From Gekko japonicus (Eukaryota), in assembly GCF_001447785.1 (NCBI RefSeq), contig NW_015177030.1:408053-472052 (forward strand): 64,000 nucleotides of DNA. The letters are read 5' to 3'. The position numbers and the translations under genes are program-made. Positions 50,701-60,600 of this stretch are shown piece by piece. Position 1 is the first letter of the stretch. Every line of letters starts with the position of its first letter. The notes under the pieces were generated by a model that saw nothing but the letters and a program-made list of their open reading frames with translations, was not told the DNA's origin and did not search any database.

Positions 50701-52176
50701 TCCCTCAGTTACCCCAGGAGGTGGCGGAGGGCCTCTTCTGGCCTTCCCCCAGGGCCACAGAATTCCAGCGTGGGCGTTGCTTTTCTGGCCATCCACACAC
50801 AGCCCCCCCCCCCAAGCCACCTGCCTCAAATCCAAAGACCACATGACTGGGAAATGGACGGGGGGTGGTGGTGTTTCTACTCTACCCCAGGAAACAGACT
50901 GCCGTCGGCAGCCTCCCCCTGAAAAGGAGGGCTTCATCACCCTCCACTCCACTCCGGGGATTCACGGCCGGCCACCGGGAGGTGGTGGTGACTGGTGGTC
51001 TCCAGCTGAAATGGCTTCAAATGGTGCTTTAAAAAAAAATAAATCTTTCAATCCCTCACTGAATGGGACCCCCAAATTCAGAAGCAGCCAACCACCGACT
51101 GACCATTGGGGGGGGCGCGCGGGGGCTAAGAGAAGGGAGACCTTTTGCTTGTAGGACCGCAGGAGCCACCCAGCTGGGGTGCGGGGGGGGGGTCCTTAAC
51201 CCACAGCGGGAGAAGATTTCGGAGGCGGGTCGACGGCGAGGGAGACGCATTGCCCGGGAAAGACTTTTACGGCCACTCTTTACGGGCAAGGGCGACGTTT
51301 CCAGGCAGCGGGCGGCGGCCACGTGGTGAGGTCTGGCGCGGCCGGTGCCGCCGTCTCTGGGGGAGGGGCTGCTGCCCGGCCAGCAGAAGGTCCCTGGTTC
51401 GATCCCGGGCATCTCCAGTTAAAAAGGACCGGGAAGCTGGCGACGTGGTAGACTACTCTCTCTCTGAGTCCCCGTCCAAGAGCTCAGGGCTGCCCGCCTC
51501 TCACGAGGGTGCGCTGACTCTCCGAACTCTTTGCCAACCTCCAGGTGGCACCTGGAGATCTCCTGCTGTGACAGCTGCTCTCCAGATGAGGAAGGCGCGT
51601 TCCCCCGGAGAGAATGGCTGCTTAGCCCGCCCCCACCCCAAACTCCCCTCTGCCCAGGCTCCATCCCCAAACCTCCGACTCCAAACAGAGGTCACCCCCG
51701 CTGGGAAATGTGCTGGGGGGGGGGGGTCAGACCGCACACGGGGGGCACCGAAGGCCCCCAGTGTCGCGCATCCTCGGAAGCCCGGCCCCGGGAGTTGCGC
51801 GGCCTTTGCAAACGCGCATTCTGGCCCCTCCCCTGCTCTGGCGCCCTGCAGTGTGGCCAAGCCTGCTAGGGGAACTGGCAAAGAGATGGGGGGGACGCCG
51901 CCAAGGAGCCTCTGCTTTCGGAGAGGGCTCTGTGGACCCGCGTCCTGTCACCACCCCCTATAAGGGGGGGGGGGGTTCCTGTCCATCCGGATGAATTCAT
52001 CTGCCCCGTGCGGATTTGTTTTTGGACGACCATCCAGACGTGCTGGGGTTTTTTGGAGGGGGGGGAACTCTCTTGTTGTATTCAAGGAAGAGCCCCCCCC
52101 CCTCCCCGTTGTACAGGCACGCTTCAAATCCAGCCGCCCTCCGCGGAGACCGAGGAAGAAGGGTCGCCGCCGCGTG

Positions 52177-52385
52177 CAGTGTCCCCTTAGAGACTTCGTG
52201 TGAGCTGTTGACTCCCAGTTTTTTAGCCTCCGGCTCACACATTTTTGTCTCGGCTCAGGAAGGAGGGCTCCAGAAGAGCAAACTAATTGATGCAGGAGCC
52301 AAACTGCTCGCTCACAGCTTTAATGCCAGCAGCTCACAGAGCAGGATTTTTGCACACAGGACTCCACAGCTTGGAGGGGGCATTG
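52177..52385 (+). mobile_element. Diverged MITE family 1 copy
   Basis: Internal ttttagcctccggctcacacatttttgtc matches the 1343 and 4198 copies. Confidence 0.7.
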
Positions 52386-52399
52386 GCGCGTCTGTGAGT

Positions 52400-54300
52400 C
52401 TGTCTGGAGCAGAAGAGGGGCCGTCTCAAGACTAACCAGATTGGGGGGGGGCGCCGGGCGGGGAGGAGCTTCCCTGAGTCGCTGCGGCCTTCTGCGGAGG
52501 ATGCAGCCAGAACGCGATAGAAGGGCCGATGGACTCCCCTTCCAGCTGTATCTGATGAAGTGAGCAGCGCCTGAATGAAGCTCCCCCCTTTCCGCCGCCC
52601 ACGTGGTTGGTCTGGAAGCGGCTGCCGGGAAATTCACCACGTGCGAGCGAGTGAGGGGGGGGCTGCTGGGTAGAGACAGAGGAGACGCACGAGGCCGATG
52701 CCCCGGATTCGTCTCCCGCATGCGTTCCCACGCACTCACAAACACGCAACAGCCGCGGTCGCTGAAGCTGATTCGGCGGCGGCAGCAACGGGGCAGGCAA
52801 GGGCTGCGCCAAGGGTTGCCAGCTGACCTTGGGAAAACGCCCCGTCCCTCTTAACAAAGGCTCGACGGGGGCTTGGTGCTGTTCAGGCCCGGGAGGTGAA
52901 CGGCGTCTCCTTCAAGGGGCGGGCCATTTTTTCTCCCGCCAGTTGGCATCCTCAGACGAAGGGGCAAGCGGGAGGCCCCCCCCTCCTCCACGTCTGTCGA
53001 GCTGGCTTGGAGGTGTTGGCCTAGGGGTGTCAGCTCCGGGGTTGCAAATTCCGGGAGATTTGGCAGTGGAGCCTGCCCGGGGAGGCGACGGTCGTTAGCA
53101 GGGCGTCACGGTCACGCCCTCGAGTCCGCCCTCCGTCTCCCGGCTCCTCCTGGAGGTTGGCAGCTCCCTCGGCTCCCCTCCGGCGCAAGACTGCCTGCCT
53201 TCGGCCTCCAGCCCCGGAGGCGGGTCCCGTGCAGACCGCCCCACCTGGGTAGGCGCAGGGCGCGGGTGGCGGCGGCGGCTCCCTCCCGTCCCCCGACACG
53301 TGTCACCGACGCCGTGCGTACCAAACGCGCGCCCAATCGGGCGCTAGGGCTGCGGCGGCGCGGTTGCGGCAGGGGCCTATAAAGGCGGCGCGGGAGGGAG
53401 GGGNNNNNNNNNNNNNNNNNNNNNNNNNNNNNNNNNNNNNNNNNNNNNNNNNNNNNNNNNNNNNNNNNNNNNNNNNNNNNNNNNNNNNNNNNNNNNNNNN
53501 NNNNNNNNNNNNNNNNNNNNNNNNNNNNNNNNNNNNNNNNNNNNNNNNNNNNNNNNNNNNNNNNNNNNNNNNNNNNNNNNNNNNNNNNNNNNNNNNNNNN
53601 NNNNNNNNNNNNNNNNNNNNNNNNNNNNNNNNNNNNNNNNNNNNNNNNNNNNNNNNNNNNNNNNNNNNNNNNNNNNNNNNNNNNNNNNNNNNNNNNNNNN
53701 NNNNNNNNNNNNNNNNNNNNNNNNNNNNNNNNNNNNNNNNNNNNNNNNNNNNNNNNNNNNNNNNNNNNNNNNNNNNNNNNNNNNNNNNNNNNNNNNNNNN
53801 NNNNNNNNNNNNNNNNNNNNNNNNNNNNNNNNNNNNNNNNNNNNNNNNNNNNNNNNNNNNNNNNNNNNNNNNNNNNNNNNNNNNNNNNNNNNNNNNNNNN
53901 NNNNNNNNNNNNNNNNNNNNNNNNNNNNNNNNNNNNNNNNNNNNNNNNNNNNNNNNNNNNNNNNNNNNNNNNNNNNNNNNNNNNNNNNNNNNNNNNNNNN
54001 GGGAGCCGGGGTGGCCGCCTGCGGCCGGGGTGGGGGGCCGGAGTGGCCCGCTGCGGGGGGAGCCCCGGCTGACTGTGGACTCCGGACACTCGTGGGCCGT
54101 CGGGAAGGACTGAACGGGAGCGCTTTGGTCCAGTGAGGCCCGGCCGGGAGCAGTCCAGGATATTCCTCCCACCTCCGGGGAAGCTTTGGGTGCCCGGGCA
54201 GTCGCCAGATTCGAGGCTTGGTGGGCCCCCGTGCTCCAGAGGGGTGCAAAGTTTTTGTCTAGCGCCCCCTCCTCCTAATCTGAGCCAGGTCCCGATGGAT
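52400..54300. promoter_or_regulatory. CpG island and IRS3 core promoter (possibly bidirectional)
   Basis: Palindromic E-box gaCACGTGtc at 53295-53304, CCAAT at 53333-53337, TATAAA at 53378-53383; the likely TSS falls at or in the N-gap 53404-54000. Confidence 0.7.
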
Positions 54301-54643
54301 GCCGAGGGACCCCCTCTTTTCTTGGACGTCCGCCTGTGCGGCTACTTGCGGAAACAGAAGTCCCAGCACCGGCGCTACTTCGTGCTCCGCGGCGCCAGCT
54401 CCAGTGGGCCCGCTCGCCTGGAGTACTACGAAAGTGAGAAGAAGTTCCGGGCCGGGGGGCCGGGCTCACGCCCTAAGAGGGCCTTCCCCTTGGCCAAGGC
54501 ACTGAGCATCAGCAAGCGGGCAGATGCCCGCCACAGACACCTCCTGGTCCTGTGCGGGCGAGAGGGCACCTTTGGCGTGGCGGCCGAGAACGCCGAACAG
54601 CAGCAGGCGTGGTACGCAGCTCTGGTGGAACTCCACGGCAAGG
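54295..54643 (+). CDS. IRS3: IRS3 exon 1 (PH domain)
   Basis: First ATG after the in-frame TGA at 54070; donor G|gtgagt, phase 1. Confidence 0.88.
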
Positions 54644-57600
54644 GTGAGTGGAGCCCCCTCCTGATGAACAGCTCGCTCGCAGAGGTCCATCCCCCACCCC
54701 ACCCCCGGCCAGACTTGGAGGCTGGGTGAGGAGCCCTGCTTGTCTGGGGAGGTGCTTAGAGAGCAGTTACCTAACTGCTGTTCTCAGGGAGAGGAGGACA
54801 CGGTTTGAATTTTCTGCCTCTGGTGGCTCCTGGTTCCCCCCTGGACAGTGATGGGCCCCCCTTCCCTTTGGGCATGTGGCTACAGGGGCTGTGGGGCCTG
54901 CCCTGGGGGCATTGGGGTTAGATTACTGCCATGCTTGCTTCTATGTGGGGCTGCTTTTGAAGCCTGCCTGGAGGCAGCCTGGGGTGGGTCGTGGGGACCA
55001 CATCTCTTCCTCCGGTCTTTATTCCCTCTCCACTGGCTTCCTGTCTGTTCTCCAGGCTCAGTTCCAGGTGCTGCTGGCATTGACGTCTTGAGCCCCATGC
55101 AGCCGGGGACCTCCACCCCAGGGCCAGGCCTCTCTGCTTACCAGATGATTGCTTGCCAGATGTGGGGGCTGCCCTGGGAATTTCGTGGTGGTGGTGGGGG
55201 GTAGAGTTGGCTGGACTCCTTCGGCTCTGCATCAGGCAGCCCCACCTGGGGCCCTCGTTTCTTGTCCCACCTGTCGGGCGACGACTAGGACAGAAAAAGC
55301 CAAATTCGGGATGCCAAACTTGGAACGTTTTGGAATACTTTTTGGTTTCAATACACTATTTTTTTTTTTGGTTCCTGGAGAATTGGGTGCCCGGCATTTC
55401 TGGCTCTTAATGTTGACGAATCTGACTTTCCTTCCTGCGTTTTCTGGAGGTTAAGCAGGCCCAGGTGGATTCTTTTAATTGGGTTCTGTTTGTTGTGTTT
55501 ACATAATAGGGTCGTAGGTTAAAGGGACCATTATCAGGATAGGCAATGGTGGGGAACCAAAATGCAGCACAGCCAACTTCCGCCCGAATGGATGGTCCAT
55601 ATCAAGTGGAATATCAATAAAGCTACTCCTTACCAAAAGAAACAGCCCGGAAGTTGTGTGACGGAGCCAGCTCCTGCACAGCGGATTGGGTCCCACATGT
55701 CCGTCCCACAGAGCCTTCCCCTGGCACAAGGAAGGGTTCTTGGGACTCACAACCTGTCCCCTGGCCTGTCTGACCTGACTCGCCTTCCCGGCACCCCTGT
55801 TCCTCAAGGCCCACGCCCTTTGCCGCACATCTCCACTCCAGCTTAGGTCTCTCCCTCCAACCCACCGTTTCTCTCGGTGCCCCTCTCCCTCGGTGGACAC
55901 ACAACGGGGGGGGGTCCTCTTGGTGCTCCAGCGATGGCTCCCCTGAGTAGTTAAGATTCTCCAGCGGGATGCTGGAGTGAAGCATCCTTTGACCCCGTGG
56001 GTCTTCTGGTGCGCATGCGCAGACTTCAGCGGGGCGGGGCTGATCCCTGCAGACGGTGGGCCTTCTTTTGGATTCAGCTGCTTGGGCCTGCTTTTGCTTC
56101 ATGAAGCGGAGGGCTCCTTCCGGCCTCCCCAATGAGCAAAGCTTTCTGTCTCTCCTGTACGGACGGATCATTTGCCCAAAGTACAGGCCAAGTGGGGGGG
56201 GGGTGTCATTTAGCTGATCTATTTGTTTAAACATTCATGAGCCGCCTTTTTTGCTTATGGAGCGCAAGGTGGCTGGCCGTATGAATAAAACAGGTACCCC
56301 GTGGAGTACCTAGAAACCAAAAACTTACATCAGACCGTCTCACAGACTGTCCCCCCCCCCCCCGCCCATCCTGGCAGGCGGGTGGCTTTGACCCAAGGAG
56401 GGAGGAGGGGGTCAGCCCCTCGTGGAGACGGAGGTGGCAGCTGCTGCGGGGTCTCGATCTCTTCTGTGCTGCGTCTTGGCCAGGGAGGGGGAGGCCCAGA
56501 GACGGAAGGCGAGACCCTCCCACTGACTCCCCCCCCAATCACCTGGCATGGAAAATATTGGGTGGGTTTTGGGGGTTTTTTTGGCTTTTGCTCACAGGCC
56601 GCGATTGCAGCTGTTTCTGGGCTGGAGCAGCTGCTTAGGGCAGCGTCTGTCTGTCGTTGAGGTGCCTGAAGTGACTCGGGAGGGGNNNNNNNNNNNNNNN
56701 NNNNNNNNNNNNNNNNNNNNNNNNNNNNNNNNNNNNNNNNNNNNNNNNNNNNNNNNNNNNNNNNNNNNNNNNNNNNNNNNNNNNNNNNNNNNNNNNNNNN
56801 NNNNNNNNNNNNNNNNNNNNNNNNNNNNNNNNNNNNNNNNNNNNNNNNNNNNNNNNNNNNNNNNNNNNNNNNNNNNNNNNNNNNNNNNNNNNNNNNNNNN
56901 NNNNNNNNNNNNNNNNNNNNNNNNNNNNNNNNNNNNNNNNNNNNNNNNNNNNNNNNNNNNNNNNNNNNNNNNNNNNNNNNNNNNNNNNNNNNNNNNNNNN
57001 NNNNNNNNNNNNNNNNNNNNNNNNNNNNNNNNNNNNNNNNNNNNNNNNNNNNNNNNNNNNNNNNNNNNNNNNNNNNNNNNNNNNNNNNNNNNNNNNNNNN
57101 NNNNNNNNNNNNNNNNNNNNNNNNNNNNNNNNNNNNNNNNNNNNNNNNNNNNNNNNNNNNNNNNNNNNNNNNNNNNNNNNNNNNNNNNNNNNNNNNNNNN
57201 NNNNNNNNNNNNNNNNNNNNNNNNNNNNNNNNNNNNNNNNNNNNNNNNNNNNNNNNNNNNNNNNNNNNNNNNNNNNNNNNNNNNNNNNNNNNNNNNNNNN
57301 NNNNNNNNNNNNNNNNNNNNNNNNNNNNNNNNNNNNNNNNNNNNNNNNNNNNNNNNNNNNNNNNNNNNNNNNNNNNNNNNNNNNNNNNNNNNNNNNNNNN
57401 NNNNNNNNNNNNNNNNNNNNNNNNNNNNNNNNNNNNNNNNNNNNNNNNNNNNNNNNNNNNNNNNNNNNNNNNNNNNNNNNNNNNNNNNNNNNNNNNNNNN
57501 NNNNNNNNNNNNNNNNNNNNNNNNNNNNNNNNNNNNNNNNNNNNNNNNNNNNNNNNNNNNNNNNNNNNNNNNNNNNNNNNNNNNNNNNNNNNNNNNNNNN

Positions 57601-60600
57601 NNNNCCCCCCGGGCAGGGGGTTCTGGGGGTATCCTCAGTGGAGCCCCCTCCTGGCCAGAGGTGGGCCTGCACTGCTGGGGCCTGTCCAGAAGGACGGCTG
57701 GGGGACCCCATCTGAGGTGCTGGTCTGGACCTCTGTGCTTCCTCACCTCTTGGGGCAGGCTGGGCACGGTGGGGCTGCCTTGGGGTCCTGGGGCCTGCCA
57801 GAGGAGGAGCAACCGAATTAAGCAGACCCCACCCCCCGCTGCATGGTTGGGGGGGGGAGTGAGAAGTCTTTGATATAAACCACTCATAAGAACATAAGAG
57901 AAGCCCATGTTGGATCAGGCCAATGGCCCCTCCAGTCCAACACTCTGTCCCACAGTGGCCTGAAATACCAGGGGCCATCAGGAGGTCCAGCAGTGGGGCC
58001 AGGACACTAGGAGCTCTCTCACTGTTGACCTCCCCTCCCAGGCACCAAGAATACAGAGCATCCCTTGCCCCAGACTGAGAGTTCCTGTCTATCCCTTGTG
58101 GCTCATAGCCACTGATGGACCTCTGCTCCATATGCTTATCTAATTCCCTCTTGAAGCCATCCGTGCTTGTAGCCTCCACCACCTCCTGTGGTAGTGAATT
58201 CCATGTGTGAATCACTCTTTGGGTGACGAAGGACTTCCTTTTATCCGTTCTAACCCGACCGCTCAGCGATTTCATGGAGTGCCCACAAGGAGTTCTTGTC
58301 TTGTGAGAAAGGGAGAAAAGTACTTCTTTCTCTACCTGCTCTATCCCATGCATAATCTTATAAACCTCGATCATGTCACCCCTCAGTCGTCTTTTCTCCA
58401 AGCTAAAGAGCCCCAAGCGCTTTAACCTTTCCTCATAGGGAAAGTGTTCCAACCCTTTGATCATTCGAGTTGCCCTTTTTGAGGTGTGGTGACCGGAACT
58501 GTACACAGTACTTCAAATGAGGTCACACCATTGATTTATCTAGGGGCATTATGATACTGGCCGATTTGTTTTCACTCCTCTGCCTTAGAGGCACCTGGGG
58601 ACATCCTTTGGGATTGCAGGGTCGTTCTGTCTCCCCTGGAGCTGGAGGGCCCCTCCCCCCCAGATTCCGCCCGGTCTTCCCCGGAAGAAGCCCGCTGAGG
58701 GAGGTGGCACTCCACAAAGTCACGGCTCCTTCCCCGTGTTCCCCGTCAAATAAACGCCTGGAGCAGTGATCGGTGTTCTTAGAAGAATATAGTGAAGCAG
58801 CGATTAAATCAGCAGAGTGAGGAGTGAGAGAGCCTGAGTTTGAAAAATAGAAAAAACTTTTCTAGAACTTAACCATGGGGGGGGGGGCGGTGAACAGGAT
58901 GCAAACAAGAAATGCCAGATTCCTACATCTTTACAGCGAGGGAGATTCTGTAGGAATGGCAACGTGTCTTCTCCACAAGGCAGTAAAAGAGACCCCAATA
59001 TATGCTAAACAATGCTCCCTCTAAGCTGTGGATTCCTGTGAGCAAAAGTTCTACTTGGTGAGCTCCTGGCGTTAAAGTTGTGAGCCAGCGATTTGGCTGC
59101 TGCGTAAATCAGTTTGCTCTGGAGTCACGTCCTTTCTGGGCTAAGACAAAAATGTGTGAGCCGGAGGCTAAAACACTGAGCCACCTCACACTAACTCAGC
59201 TTAGGGGGAACACTGGTGCTAAACAGCCAATACATTGATTTCCCTTCACAAAGCTACAGGGTCAGGTCCCTTTACTCATACCTCCGACAACAAATTCAGA
59301 GTCCAGTCAAGCACCTTTAAGACCAACAGAGGTTTATTCAAAGGATGAGCTTTGTGACTCACACAAAGTTACCGTAACTATAATTACTGAAGTGCTTTGA
59401 CTTGCTAAGCCCAACAAGCTGCCTTCTACCAAATCAGACCTCCTGTAGCTCGCCAGAGTCTTCCACAGCACCTGTGCCCCAATCCTTGACTGGAGATGCC
59501 ACCGGGGATTGAACTGAGGGCCTTCTGGGTGCCAAGCAGAGGCCCTGCCACTGAGCCACACGGCCCCCTCTCCCCAACCGCCTCCTGCTCAGGCGACGTT
59601 TCTCTTCTCTCCTCTTGCAGGGAAAGCATCCCCGGACGGAGATGGAGACCCGGCGCTCTCCGGCCCAGCGTTCAAGGAAGCCTGGCAGGTCAGCCTCCGT
59701 CCCAGAGGCCTGGGCCACACCAAGCGCCTGGCCGGCACCTACCTCCTCTGCCTGACCGACAAGACCATCAGCTTTGTGAAGCTGAACACGGACGTGGCCG
59801 CCGTGGTCCTGCAGCTGCTCAACGTCCGGCGCTGCGGCCACTCGGAGAACTACTTCTTCATGGAGGTGGGCCGCTCGGCGGTGACGGGCCCCGGGGAGCT
59901 CTGGATGCAGGTGGATGACCTGGTGGTGGCCCAGAACATGCACGAGACTATCCTGGAGGCCATGAAGGCCCTGAGCGAGGAGTTCCGCGTCCGCAGCAAG
60001 AGCCAGCCCCTGGCCTCCCCGCCCATCTCGGTGCCCCCTCGCCACCCGCCCCTCAGCACGCCCCCGCCCGGCCAGGCCGCTTTCCCCTGGAGACCCCGCC
60101 CCCCGGGGGCCTCCGCCGTGAGCAGGAGCCCCGGCCCCCCCGGGCAGAAGGGGGCCGGGCTGCAGAAGCCGGGTTCCTTGAGCGATTACAGCGTGGTCTC
60201 CTCGGACGAAGGGGGATCGAGCCCGGGCGACTCACGCCCGCCCAACACTCCCGACCGGCTGAGTGACCTGGTGCCCGAGGGGGAGCTGGACTACATTGCC
60301 ATGGGCAAGCGGGCTCTGCCGGACGGGCGCGGCTTGGCCGGGTGGGGGGTGGGGCCCAACAAGCGGGCCTCGCTGCCCCCCCTGGCCCTGGAGAAGGGCA
60401 GCCTGCCCCACCGGAAGCGGGCCCTCAAGCCGGTCGCCGCCTCGGCAAGTTACCCGGAGGGCCTCAACCGCAGCACCGACCCCAGCTACATGGCCATGCT
60501 TCCCGGCGTGGCCCGCAGTGCGGAGGGCCAGGCCTACATCCCGATGACCCCGAGCAGCGCCTCCCCTCCCCAGGAGAGCGGCGGGAGTGGGTGCTGGGCG

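Noticed and set aside
53112-58506. Long ORFs containing X runs (also 28213-29498 and 62665-63902)
   Set aside because: Artefacts of translating through N gaps; the only real homology in them is CR1 ORF2 sequence.
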